Below, one piece after another: positions 23,978 to 37,700 of a stretch of 64,000 nt of DNA. The DNA comes from the human T2T-CHM13v2.0 reference genome, Homo sapiens. The position numbers and the translations under genes were made by a program. Location: NCBI RefSeq assembly GCF_009914755.1, contig NC_060930.1. One strand, written 5' to 3'. The notes under the pieces are model-generated. The model was not told the origin of the DNA, ran no database searches, and saw only the letters and a program-made list of their open reading frames with translations. How positions within the stretch are numbered: the first letter of the stretch is position 1; each line of letters starts with the position of its first letter.

Positions 23978-25365
23978 AGGGCCCCTCCACAGAACCCGGG
24001 ACCCCTCCACAGAACCCAGGGACCCCTCCACAGAACCCAGGGCCCCTCCACAGAACCCAGGACCCCTCCACAGAACACAGGGCCCCTCCACAGAACACAG
24101 GGCCCCTCCACAGAACCCAGGGACCCCTCCATAGAACCCAGGGCCCCTCCACAGAACCCGGGACCCCTCCACAGAACCCAGGGACCCCTCCACAGAACCC
24201 AGGGCCCCTCCACAGAACCCAGGACCCTTCCACAGAACACAGGGCCCCTCCACAGAACACAGGGCCCCTCCACAGAACCCAGGGACCCCTCCACAGAACC
24301 CAGGGCCCCTCCACAGAACCCAGGGCCCCTCCACAGAACCCAGGGACCCCTCCACAGAACCCAGGACCCCTCCATAGAACCCAGGACCCCTCCATAGAAC
24401 CCAGGGCCCCTCCACAGAACCCAGGGACCCTCCACAGAACCCAGGGACCCCTCCATAGAACCCAGGGCCCCTCCACAGAACGCAGGACCCCTCCACAGAA
24501 CCCAGGGACCCTCCACAGAACCCAGGGCCCCTCCACAGAACCCAGGACCCCTCCACAGAACCCAGGACCCTTCCACAGAACCCAGGACCCCTCCATAGAA
24601 CCCAGGACCCTTCCACAGAACCCAGGGCCCCTCCACAGAACCCAGGGACCCCTCCATAGAACCCAGGGCCCCTCTACAGAACCCAGGGCCCCTCTACAGA
24701 ACTCAGGACCCCTCTACAGAACCCAGGACCCCTCTACAGAATGCAGGACCCCTCCATAGAACCCAGGACCCCTCTACAGAACTCAGGACCCCTCTACAGA
24801 ACCCAGAACCCATCTACAGAACTCAGGACCCCTCTACAGAACCCAGGACCCCTCTACAGAATGCAGGACCCCTCCATAGAACCCAGGACCCCTCTACAGA
24901 ACCCAGGACCCCTCTACAGAACCCAGGGCCCCTCTACAGAACTCAGGACCCCTCTACAGAACCCAGGAGCCCTCTACAGAACCCAGGACCCCTCTACAGA
25001 ACTCAGGACCCCTCTACAGAACTCAGGACCCCTCTACAGAACCCAGAACCCATCTACAGAACCCAGGACCCCTCTACAGAACCCAGGACCCTTCTACAGA
25101 ACCCAGAACCCATCTACAGAACCCAGGACCCCTCCACAGAACCCAGGACCCCTCTATAGAACCCAGGACCCCTCTACAGAACCCAGGACCCCTCTACAGA
25201 ACCGAGGACCCCTCTACAGAACCCAGGACCCCTCTACAGGACCCAGGGCCCCTCTGTAGAACCCAGGACCCCTCTACAGGACCCAGGGCCCCTCTATAGA
25301 ACCCAGGGCCCCTCTACAGAACCCAGGACCCCTCTACAGGACCCAGGACCGTTCTACGGAACCCA
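23978..25365. repeat. Minisatellite, 20/21-bp unit, ~68 copies, two domains
   Basis: ACAGAACCCAGG(G)(A/G)CCCCTCC on the left; strict 20-bp ACCCAGGACCCCTCTACAGA from about 24660. Confidence 0.97.
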
Positions 25366-27390
25366 GCGCTTGTCCCCTGGCCCCTGCAGGTGTGTCCTGC
25401 TCTGCACTGCACAGGCAGTGGGAAGAGTGGGGTAGTTGCGGGACGCCCCGATTCTCTTCAGGAGGAGGTGTCACCTGCCTCACAGAGGACTAGGTGAGCA
25501 GTGGATGCAGGGTTTGTTTTAAAACAACACACAAGCCTTTCTGATCTCATGTTCCTTTCTAAGAATGGGTCTGGCCAAGACCTGCGCCTCCTGAGGGTCG
25601 CTGTGGAAATAAATTCTCTCTCCGCAGCCGACCGAGGCCACGTCCAGTGGCCACCACAGTGTCAGTTTCTGCTGTTTGCCTTTCTTCTGTTGGTCAGCAC
25701 ACTCCGTCCCTCAAAGCTGCGCAGAGAAAATGCAGCGATCACAGGGCCCAGGGCTGCATTTCGGAAGCCACAGGCAAGACGACAGCTCAGCTTTGCAGCC
25801 GCACACGGTCCTGCTGAGATGGAAAATGCAGTGAGCGGCGGTCAGCTATTTCGGGACTGAACGGGCTTACAACCACACTGCCAACTTCAGACAGCGGGTC
25901 CAGAGGGCGAGGGGCTGGCTGACAACCCACTAAAATATGGGATCCATTTCTAATCAAGATAAAGGATTAGGGACATGATGTCTGGTCACTTAGGAGCATA
26001 AAAGCATGTTTGGGGAAGTAATTATATGCTTGGGATGGAATCTTAAACCCAAAGAATGAGAAGCCAATTTATAGGCCGTGATAAAGCTGGGGCTAAATTG
26101 GTCCCAACTGTTGAGAACCTGGGTAAGATTTCAGAAGAAAAATCTTTCCACGGATGTTCCTATAGAAAGCCTGGCATCCACTCGGGTGGGAGGCAGTTGT
26201 TCTGAACCAGGGAGGCTGCGCCCTGCGGGGCAGGTGCACGCGGACCTCCCCACGCCTTCAGCCGAATTGACTTCCACAGAAGGGGGCAGGGCTCGGGGAT
26301 GGTCAGCCAAAGGAAAGCCAGACACCGCTGTGGGGTGGGGTGCACAGATGCCACCTCCATCGCAGCAGGCCTAGAGTAGACACAGGGTTCCCCAAGGGGC
26401 CCTTGTGAGTCACCTGCCCCTTCATCCCCGGGAGCCACGATGGGCTTTATGACCACACGTCCTCCGGGAGAAGCTGCCCGTTCCCATAGCCCCCACAGGG
26501 CCTCCTGTCTGCGTGGGCGCCCACCCTCTCCTGTGCAGACACCATAGGCCTGAATGGTGCAGAACTTGGGCCTGAGGCAGGGAAGGGGCCCCCTGGGACT
26601 CTAAGGACTTCCAGAACTCCAGCGCCACACATGGGCCACAGAGGCAGCAGGAGACGCACTCACACCCATCTCAGCGCCCGCACGACCTGGAACGCACTGG
26701 GGGTGCTGCTGGGAAGACAGGAAGCGAAGGGTCTGGGCTCCCAGCATCACCTGGGCCCTGCAGACCCCCCAAGGCTGGGCTCCCATCAGGGAGACTGAGC
26801 CCAGGACATTTTAAATCCCACGGGCTCTGACGTGCCACTGGCCAGACACTCCAAGTCGAGGCCATTGCCGTCTCAGGCAGCCATGCACAACTCTGGTTCC
26901 CAGGCCGGCAGCCACAGGCCAGCTGGTCAGAGCCCGAGCTCCACCCCAGGGCCCCCAGAGCCTGGCACACATGGTCCCGAGGGCTCCCGTCAGGCCATGA
27001 CCTCCCCATGCCAGATTCCCTCGGAGGCACTTCCTGCCTGCAGCAACACCATAGCAAACACTGAGGCTGAGGCTGTGCCCACCCCACATCTGCAGCCCCT
27101 CCAGAGACCTCTCTGGTTCCGGCTCTGCCAGCAAGCAGCGAGGACCTCCACAGGTGAGCCACAGCCTTGTGGCCCGAGGCCTTCACATAAGGGTGACCCT
27201 CTGAGCTGGTCTCATGCTGGCCCTCAAATGTGTCTCTGTGTGCCACGGAGTGAGAGAATTTCATACAGATCATCCAGAAGAATGATTAGGAAAAGCCCCA
27301 CACAGCTTTGGGCCCTGCAATGTGGGGAGAGCATCCTGCATGGTCTGCTGGGCCCAATATAACCCCAAGACCCTCAGGTTGTGGGGGGCA

Positions 27391-28270
27391 TGGGGACCAG
27401 AGATAGATGGTGGGAGAGGCCAACCCACACTGCTGGGTCACAGAGAGATGGCGGGAGAGGCCGCCTGAGATGCTGGGTCACAGAGAGATGGCGGGAGAGG
27501 GCGACCCGCGCTGCTGGGTCACAGAGAGACGGCGGGAGAGGGCGACCTGACATGCTGGGTCACAGAGAGATGGCGGGAGAGGCCGACCTGAGATGCTGGG
27601 ACCAGAGAGAGATGGTGGGAGGGGGCGACCCGCGCTGCTGGGTCACAGAGAGATGGTGGGAGAAGCCAACCTGAGACGCTGGGACCAGAGAGAGATAGTG
27701 GGAGAGGCCGACCTGAGATGCTGGGACCAGAGAGAGATAGTGGGAGAGGCCAACCTGAGATGCTGGGACCACAAAGAGACGGTGGGAGAGGGCGACCCGC
27801 GCTGCTGAGTCACAGAGAGATGGCGAGAGAGGGCGACCTGAGATGCTGGGTCACAGAGAGATGGCGGGAGAGGCCGACCTGAGATGCTGGGACCAGAGAG
27901 AGATAGTGGGAGAGGCCGACCTGAGATGCTGGGACCATCAAGAGATGGTGGGAGAGGGCGACCCGCGCTGCTGGGTCACAGAGAGATGGTGGGAGAGGCC
28001 AACCTGAGATGCTGGGACCAGAGACAGATGGTGGGAGAGGCCGACCTGAGATGCTGGGACCAGAGAGAGATGGTGGGAGAGGCCGACCTGAGATGCTGGG
28101 ACCAGAGACAGATGGTGGGAGAGGCCGACCTGAGATGCTGGGACCAGAGACAGATGGTGGGAGAGGCTGACCTGAGATGCTGGGACCAGAGAGAGATGGT
28201 GGGAGAGGCCGACCTGAGATGCTGGGACCACCAAGAGATGGTGGGGGAGGGCGACCCGCGTTGCTGGGTC
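27391..28270. repeat. Minisatellite, 39-42-bp unit, ~21 copies
   Basis: Unit GCTGGGACCAGAGAGAGATGGTGGGAGAGGCCGACCTGAGAT with a GGGTCACAGAG variant; 14-aa period in ORFs. Confidence 0.95.
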
Positions 28271-30210
28271 AAAGGCAGAGGCTGCAAGCCATGGGCAGCC
28301 TTGAGAAGCTGGAAGCGTGGAGGGCAGCTGTGTGCCTTCTCTCCTGGAGCCTCCAGGAAAGGGGCCGGGCAGAGGTGGCAACAGGGAGAGTACACCGGGC
28401 ACCCGCACCCCGAGAGAAAGGGAGATGCTTTAAAAAGCTCCAACTGGCTGAATTCAGAGGGAAATAGCATCACAGTTTGCAAAAAGTGGTGTCTCTCCTA
28501 GTAAATTTCACATATATTTACACTGCACCGATGGAAACAAGACTCATTGTCAATTATAATAAATCCGCATTTGTGCTCCCAGCAGCGTTGGCAAAGTGCG
28601 TTAAGGTGCATTATGTTATCCGGGCCTAGAAGCAGACGTCGGTGCAGGCGCCGCTGTTGCTGTTTTAGAGACGGGTCGGGCGCTGCGGCCCCGTGGGGGC
28701 AGGCGGTTCTCAAGCTCACCTGCGCTGCTGAGAGGGAATGGCGATTTTCTCACTTTTTATGTCACCGCATCTCAGGGTTTGCAGGCAAAAGTCAGCAGAC
28801 TCACCCTCTGTGATGAAAAGCAGGGATCGTTTCGAGGCTGGACTCAGTGCACTCTCCAGGTCTTAGAAGTGATGAAAATGTTCCCTGAAACTGCCTCGCT
28901 TGGCGCTGAGTGACAGACAACCCAGGAAAGCCCTCCCTACAGGGTAACTGCGGGACAAAGCGGCGCCTCCTCTCGCGGGCAGGCGGCTGGCTGAGCCCCC
29001 AGGCCCACGTCCGGGCATCCTCTCCCTCTAAGCACGGAGACGCCCCCGGCCCGCCCCAGCCCCTTCACCTGCCACTGATTAGGGGACCAGCATCCAGCCC
29101 GGGCCCTGTGCAGTGCCGCCCGCCATCCTCCTGCATTAGCATACTCCTAATTGATTAAGTGGATGATTGATTACTGGACCCGTGCGGTCTGCTTTCCAGA
29201 CCCGTTGGCTGGGAATGGAAAGCCACGCTCGGCCCTCGGATGCAGCAGAAGCCCCCTGCCCCGTCCGCTCCAGGCTGCAGAGCCGAGGTGATTGGCGCCA
29301 GGCTGCCCACCCCGCCTGCCCCAGCAAGTGCGTCGCGCCCCCATGGTTTCTGCTGTTTGCATGTCAGGTCCCGGCAGGAAGCTGCAGTCCGACGTTGCTC
29401 AGCGTCCAGCAAGGGGCTGCCCAGATCCCGTCTTCCACAGACCCCCTCTGAGGCCCTCGTTCCCTCAAACCCCAGGAGCCAGCTCTGCCCCCGCACAGCT
29501 CCACGGCCCCAGGCTGCTTCCCGCTACTGTAACAGACGACCACAGGTCGCATAGGCCAGAGCCCGGCACGGCTTCTTGGGTGACACTCGAGGGGTCCTGA
29601 CCCAGCACCCGTGGGCACACCCTTATTTGGAAATTGGGCCTAGCCCGGAGTGATCATGAGGCCACGTGACATGGGCGTGCCAGTCTCACCAACGTGTGTT
29701 TTCACGGGCACCACAGAGTCTGTTTTCTATGGGTGGGGCAGCGGTGAACATATCCCTCTTAATAGCGGTACGGGTACGGCCAGCGAGGCGGCAGAACATA
29801 GACAGAACCCGGGCACTGAGAGACCGGTGCCGCCCCCCGCCGTCCACACAACCCGGGCCTCGGGCAGCACCAGCAGGACTTTTATTCCTCACCCCGCACG
29901 CCGCCGTCCATCTCCTAGGCCAGCGTGATTCTTCTGAGTGCAGCTGGGTCTCCTCCTGGGAGATCCGGTGGCTCTAGCAGCGTGGGTGCTGGGAACAGGA
30001 CCAGCCTCGCCGGCGGACAGTGTGGACGCCTGAGGGCAGACCCTGGACCACTCTCTCCCCGGGGGACTCCGTTCCCGCCTCCAGGGAGCTGCGAACGCTC
30101 CTTCTGGGACACCTGTTGGCAAGAAACCAGTTCAATCGTCTCACTTCCAGAAACAATTCTGTGTTTTGACAGAAGTTTTCAGGCAGCAGAACTCAGCCAA
30201 AAGGATGTCT

Positions 30211-30690
30211 GTGGGCGGCCCTTCCGGGGGCGTGGCCAGGCAGGTGGGCGGCCCTTCCGGGGGCGTGGCCAGGCAGGTGGCCTGCCTTCCGGGGGCGTGG
30301 CCAGGCAGGTGGGCGGCCCTTCCGGGGGCGTGGCCAGGCAGGTGGGCTGCCTTCCGGGGGCGTGGCCAGGCAGGTGGGCGGCCCTTCCGGGGGCGTGGCC
30401 AGGCAGGTGGGCGGCCCTTCCGGGGGCGTGGCCAGGCAGGTGGGCGGCCCTTCCGGGGGCGTGGGCAGGTGGGCGACCCTTGGGGGGCATGGGCAGGTGA
30501 GTGGCCCTTCAGGGGCGTGGCATGTGCAGGTGGGCAGCCCTTCCAAGGGCGCGGCCAGGCAGTTGGGCGGCTCTTCCAGGGACATGGGCAGATGGGCCAC
30601 CCTTGGGGTGCATGGGCAGGTGAGTGGCCCTCTGGGGCTGTGGCTCAGGCAGGCGGGCAGCCTTTCCAGGGACATGGCACTGGCAGGTGG
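30211..30690. repeat. GC/CpG-rich minisatellite, 33-bp unit (~8 good copies, then degenerate)
   Basis: Unit GGCAGGTGGGCGGCCCTTCCGGGGGCGTGGCCA; decays to the right of about 30470. Confidence 0.95.
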
Positions 30691-31374
30691 AATCTGTTGT
30701 CTAGGCAGGTGGACCTGGGCACTCCTGGGCCTGCTCCTGTGTGGGGGCTGCCCTGGACAGGCCAGTCAGAGTCCATTCCACAGTTAAAGCTCGAACTTCC
30801 CGAAAGAGGCAGCTCTTCTCAGGACAGGCCACGACTCCTGCAGGCTGGGCTGTGGGGCTCCCAGATAACCCCACAGCCTGCTGACCGGCCGTCAGGAAAC
30901 GGGGGCAGGGCACCCTCCTGGCCTCGCTCCCTCCCCGCCGGGGGGTCTTCATTAGCCCCCTGTGGAGCACAACCAGCCAGCAGGCCTGACCCCTGACTCT
31001 CACTCATTCTTCCACAGATTAATTCCCCAAATTGACAAATTAAGGGGCGCGGTGTGCCCAGGGTCACAGTCACACTGGGTTCTGGTCAGCATCAACCTGG
31101 CTTTAAAGAGGGTTTGGACTGAGGGGAGGAGGAGCCCAAACAGACCCCAGGCTCCAAGGGGAGGCAGAGGCAGGGCGTTCTCAGAACTCAAGGGACCGAA
31201 CACAGCAGGCCAGGCCGCGCTGCAGCTATGCCTAAAGCACCCTGCCTGGCGTGGCTGCGGGTCCCTGGATGTGTGAGAGGCCTCCCAGGAGAACCTGACA
31301 GGTACAAAGCTTGGGCTTAGGACTAGGGTGCTATTGCCCGGGATAAGACTTTGTATTTGTATAATATTTTGCAA

Positions 31375-31800
<426 letters not shown>

Positions 31801-33274
31801 TTAACCCCAAGGCTTGCCACATACCAGGGTGTTGGGGACAGAAAGAAAGATGTACAAATTTGGCAAGAATAGTCAACCAATTCAACACTTCTTACTGAGT
31901 GCCTTCTGTGTGCAAAGGATTGCACTCACCAGCGTCTGAGGGATCCGGAAGCCCCAGATGTAGCCCCGTCCCCGGGACTTGGCAAGAGGAGGAACGCAGG
32001 CACAGACAGCCCCTGGGGGATGCCAGGAGGGACCCCCCCACTCAGAACCCCACAGCAGGAGCTCAAGAATGCACTCTGGGGCAGGGTGGCTGGAGGGCCC
32101 TGCACTGAAGCCCACGGTGCTGGCTGGTATTGATCCCACTCGCCCGTCTCAGCCTCTGGCTCCGGTCCCCTCCCTGCTCTGCCAGAGGTCCCAACAACCA
32201 CAACCGTCTGTCACCCTCCCAGTGAGGCAGGAGAGCACCTGGCCCTGAGTCCCGTTTGTCCCATTTGTCCAGTGGAGCAGCCACCGGCCCTGACCTGGAC
32301 CACGTGCTGGGCGCCTCCTGGCAGCCCGTTCTGCTCCCGAATGCCCCGGCTTAGTCAGTCTGGGATGCGGCCCTGGACACCGGGCTTTATGCAGCTCTGA
32401 AGTGATCCCAGCACACAGCCCGGGTCAAGCTCAGCGCTCGGCAACCATAGGCACCCAACAACGGGCTGCAGCCATCAGTAACAACGGCAGCTCCAACGCC
32501 CAGAGAACTCACGGAGCAGACACACATCAGGTACTCCAGGTACACCAGCGATTCAGGATCATCCCCATGGCAGCCCTCCTTCCTCTGAAGGATTTTTTCC
32601 CACTCTCCTCAGATGAAGACGCGGAGGCCTGAGCGCTGGGGGTCGCCCGGGGCTGCACAGCGGGTCAGAGGCCAACCCTGGGCGGAGCCAGGCCACACCC
32701 TCCCTCAAGGATTCACAGTCTCCCCAAAGTAACCGCAACGAGGGACCCTCCCGTCACCAAACTTCCTTTCAGTCACTTCCGCTTGTACTAATTCTGGCCC
32801 AACCGTTCATTATATTTTTACAATTCTTATCTTGGTGTGTATTTTTTGACCCTAAAAATCCTAACTCCATTCCATCAATATTTTGTATATGCAGATTTCT
32901 AGCACGGTAAGTCATAAAATGTGCCTCTCCTGGCAACACAAAAATGTCTTCCTGTTGCTTTTAAGACCACCGACTGATGCTGCTGCCTGGATATCCACTT
33001 GCAAGCATTCCCGAGCCTCAGAACGTGAACTCGCAAACGCTCAGGCACCAGCTGTCTTAAGCCTAAATCTGCTCTCCACCAAAAGGGTGGCATTAGATGG
33101 CGTCTCACTTTACATATTTTCATTTTTATAACCACATTCCTGGGGTTTGAAGCTACTGTAGGTGGTTGAAGCAAGGAGTGAAGAGCCGGTGTTGAGGATG
33201 GGCTGATTTACAGGGACAGGAGCCTGCAGTCACCACAGCGGAGCCTGTAGGAATGAGGCAGAAAAGCCAGGGAA

Positions 33275-34062
33275 AGCACTGTGGGGACGGCTCTGACTGC
33301 TGAAGAGTGTGCACACACACACGTACACACACACGTACACACAGACACACACACACAGACACACACACGTACTAGCGCTGTGGGGGCGGCCCTGACTCCT
33401 GAAGCATGTACACACACGTACATGCACACACACATACAGACACACACACACAGACACACATGTACCAGCGCTGTGGGGGTGGCTGTGACTCCTGAAGCAT
33501 GTGCACACACGTACACAGACACACACATGTACACACACACACGTACACACACGTACACACACGTACACACACAGACACACACGTACACACACACACGTAC
33601 ACACACACACAGACACACGTACCAGCACTGTGGGGGTGGATCTGACTCCTGAAGCATATGCACACACATACACACGCAGACACACAGACACAGACGCGCA
33701 CACACACACACAGACACACGTACCAGTGCTGTGGGGCGGCTCTGACTCCTGAAGCATGTGCACACACATACAGACACAGACACACACACACCAGCGCTGT
33801 GGGGGTGGCTCTGACTCCTGAAGCTCATGCACGCACACACACACACACACACACACTCCAGCGCTGTGGGGGTGGCCTCTGACTCTTGAAGCATGTGCAC
33901 ACACACGTACACACACAGAGACACACACGTATACACACACAGAGACACACACACGTACCAGCGCTGTGGGGGTGACCTCTGACTCCTGAAGTGTGCACAC
34001 ATACATACACACGTGCAGGCATATGTGCATGGACATGTGTGTACACACAGCACACACACACG
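33275..34062. repeat. Composite repeat: 8 constant ~41-bp cores separated by variable CA-rich tracts
   Basis: Core ACCAGCGCTGTGGGGGTGGCTCTGACTCCTGAAGCATGTGC at about 33277, 33371, 33464, 33621, 33722, 33790, 33858 and 33957. Confidence 0.93.
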
Positions 34063-34283
34063 CATGCTAAAGTACCTGTTTCCCTCAGATAGGGCCACAC
34101 TCAGCACAGAGCTCACCAGGGGCCCCTCCCAGAGATGCGCTCCCCCCTACCACATGACCCCGGAATGGCCATGTGTGCAGGGTGCTCACAGCACACATGT
34201 GCTCATGGTGCCCTTGGCTTCGTGGCCGGCTGTGCCAATCACGTTTGCTTCATCTCCATGGCTTCTCTGACCATCATCCCACA

Positions 34284-34764
34284 CTGTGGTAGGCAGAGCG
34301 GTGCCCCCCAACGATGTTCCATCCTAGACTCCAGCATTGGTGAACGTGTCATGCTACATGGAAAACACAATTTAGGCTCCAGACGAAATGAAGGGCGTGG
34401 CTGAGCTGACCCGAGAGGGGAGATTGTGCCGGGTCTGAGGTGCCACTGGGTCCCTGGACGTGGGAGAGGAAACAGGCAGGAATCGGGGGGACGTGCGTGA
34501 GAAGGGCTGAGCCCCATGGCTGGCTCTGCAGGTGGAGGTGGCAGCCTCAAGCCACAGAACGCAGCCGCCTCTGGAGGCTGGAAGAGGCCTGGGGCTAGGG
34601 GAGGATTCTCCCTGCGGCCTCCAGAAGGAACCAGCCCTGACGACAGCTAGAGTTTTAGCCCAGTGGGACTCTTTTCAGACTTCCAGCCACAGAGCTGTAG
34701 GATAATAAATGTGTGTGGCTTTAAGCCACCAAGTGAGTGATTACAGCGGCAGTAGGAAATCAGT
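34284..34764 (+). mobile_element. MLT1D/E-like solo LTR (ERVL-MaLR)
   Basis: Starts TGTGGTAGGCAGA; contains GGATTCTCCC..GCCTCCAGAAGGAACCAGCCCTG, TTTTAGCCCAGTG and GATAATAAATGTGTGTGGCTTTAAGCCAC. Confidence 0.8.
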
Positions 34765-37700
34765 CCCCACTCCAAGGAGAACTTCAGACTTTGAGAAATC
34801 GTAAAGGAGGGTCTGTAAACGAGAGGTCAGAACGAACGAGCTTCCAGGAGTGACTCCCCAGGGTGCCCTTTTCCGGGGCCATCCCCACAGTGACCTGGCA
34901 TGAGGTCCAGCCAGAGCCAGCACAAGGGACCCGGATGGCCACCTGGTTAGGCACGGATCCAGTGCTCCCTACGCCCACTTCCAGCTACAGACTCCTGGGA
35001 CTTCACAGGAACCCCTGCTGGCCACCGCCTGCTCCTGCCTGGAAGCTGGAGTTGGGAGTCAGTCAGGGCTGCTCTGCGCTCTGGCCAGACTTGCTGATTC
35101 ACCCCATGAGAGTGGGCTCGTCCCAGTCCCGGCCACCCCCTGCCAGCCCCAGCCATGGTCGCCGCCCTCCCAGCAGGCCTGCCTCTCTCTGGGGATGGCT
35201 TGTGTTTCGGGGTGGGGTCATGCAGTCCGTCCAATCCCTCACACACATCACCCACCCCGGTGCTCTCTCCCCGCAGGGGCCACGCAGCCCCCATCCATCC
35301 CTCACACAGATCACCGCCCCCCTCCCAGTGCTCTCTCCCTGCATGGCCACACAGCCCATCCGTCCCCTCACAATCACACCCCATGCACTCTCTCCTCACC
35401 TGAGCTTCGCAGCCCTTGAGATCACCAGCGTCGTCATGCCGGCGGCTCAGGGCCATGGCAGCAGATGCCGGCTTCCCCTTAGAAACATCCCAACCACACA
35501 AACAGCCTGTTCCCTCACCTCCTCACCTCCTAATCCTGGAAAGGGAGACTCAGAAGTTCCAAGTGCAACATTCCTGGGACTCTAAAAATAATTTACAGAG
35601 AGGCTGCGTGGGCTGGAGCACCAAGCCCAGAGCTAGGGAGGCCGCAGCTGGGCCATGAGAGGTGTCGGGCGCACCCTGTGTGTGGAGCCAGGCCCCTCTT
35701 TGCGAAGCTGGGGATGGCCCAGGTGGGCTCCTCACGGCCCAGCTCTGACCCTGATGGTCTTACACCCAGATAGGACCTGGGCACCGTGGGCATCGCACTG
35801 CAGCTGCAGCGCTGAACTGTTTTATCCATGAGACAACCAGCAGGCAGGAGGAGAGGGAGAAACATGTCTCAAAAGAAAGCGACGTCAGGTCGGGCGACAG
35901 CACAGTGCACTGCCCCGGGAGCGCAGGGAATGTGGATGGGACGGGAGGCGGCTGCTGTTAAGCACATTATGTGAGTAGAGACAAGATTAGAGGAGGCTGA
36001 GTTAACGAGACAGGAGAAAAGTCTGGTGAAATTTGACATAATATTTACAGATATTTTATCTTAATTCTCAAAGTGCCTTAAAATTTTGATATTTCTATCG
36101 AATGCTTTGGGGTCACAATATGATGTTGTCTTTAAGAGAAATTCTGAAACCAAACGAGGGGGAGTCCAGGACGTGGATGTCAGCCTGATGTCCTCCACAG
36201 ACGACATCTAAAACCACCACGGCACGGCTGCTCTTCCCTCACAGTGAAAATGATGGCAGCCACGAGGGGGTTAAATTCACTCCACTCCAATCCAGTGAGG
36301 GAAAACCACGTCATCCGGGTGCCCGCTGCCCCGCAGGGATCCACATGCAGGCAGGCAGAGCCAGGTGACCCCGGCACCCGGGGAGGGGCTGCTCCCGGAA
36401 GGGCCTGGCACAGCATTCACCAGACGTGCCTGCTTGGAGCAGGTCCCTGGCAAGGCAGGTGCTACTCAACCTTCTGCCAAGGATAACCACGGCTCCTGCA
36501 TCCACAGAGCGCGTGGGCAAGCGTGTAGGAGACCAAGCGGACCTGTGTGTGAGAAGTCCCTCTTTGGTGCTCAGCCGGCCGCCCGAGGCACCTGCCACTC
36601 CAGTGTGTCCTCCATCTCCCAGGCTGGCCTGCCCTTCAGACTTTCCAAGACTTCAGAGACCTCCAAGTCTGCCCTGATTGTCCCATCCGCTGGCCACCTG
36701 CAGGGAAGCCCTGTTTCACCGAGTTTCTCAGAGCCCACACTGCAGGTTGCTGGGGGCTTCAGGCTCCTGGGGCAGAGCTGGAATCTGGGCGCGCGCCGGC
36801 CCCACCGGTCCCGGTCTCACAGGCGCGTCTCAGGCTTCACGCCTCCCTCAGTGTCAGTGGCATCACCCCGTCCTCCTAAACACGGCCAGCTCAGTCGCTG
36901 ATAAGCTGAGGGACAGAATAAAGGAACTTAGAAAAGACCCCCAAGCTGACAGTTGCTCTGGAAGCCCCCACTGTGCCCAGGTTGAGGCTGCTGTCCCCTC
37001 CCAGCTTCTCTCAGGACCAAAGCCCACCCCCAGGACGGATGCCTCCGCAGAGGCGCAAGAGAGCTCTTATTCCCGCAGTCTAACCGTGAAAGATCCAGAA
37101 AGTTAAAATACATCTCTTCACGCACATGAGGCACTCAGGACTGTGGTTGGCACAATTCCTAGTGCTCCACAAATTGTAGTTACCACTTCTCAAAAAAAAA
37201 AAATGTGGGGGTGCAGGGAAGGGGCTCTGCCTGGACACTTATCTCCCTCAGGTCTCCTGAGCACGTGACTCCCAGGGATGGGGTGACCAGCGTTTCCCAA
37301 ACACTCAACCTGGGGACACTCTGGCAGGGAGCTCTGAGCAGAACGAGAGATCCACCACGCTCCCTTTGGGAAACATGCCGCGTTCACATGAAGACTTTTG
37401 CAGGAAGCCAGGACATCGTTCAGATGGAGCCGCCAGTGCGGGCTCCTTGCTGAGGTGCCCTGAGGTCAGGTGGGGAAATGCTGACGTCTTTAATGGGCAA
37501 GTGGGAGGAAGAACCCTGCAGCCTTCCGGACACCACCCCAGGGGACAGGAAGCGCCGCTCTGTTCCGGCCCAGCGTCCACTCTCACCAGCAATTCCGTGC
37601 CGTCTGCTGGGAAGTGCGGCTTGCACAGGGCCTGGCCGATGTGGACAGGCTTCGGGGCTGGCTGCTTTTGACACAGACCCAGGAGGGAGCGCAGCCCCAG

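Noticed and set aside
23230-25259. 509-aa proline-rich ORF and neighbours
   Set aside because: Mostly VNTR read-through plus GC-rich stop-poor flank; GTG start.
29590-29665. Possible MLT1 fragment (CCTTATTTGGAAAT), plus faint MIR/L2 traces near 1600, 31880, 40550 and 46880
   Set aside because: Too short and diverged to support as features without alignment.
33275-34062. CRISPR-like repeat-spacer layout
   Set aside because: Spacers are related CA microsatellites of very unequal length, the context is primate genomic DNA, and there are no cas genes.
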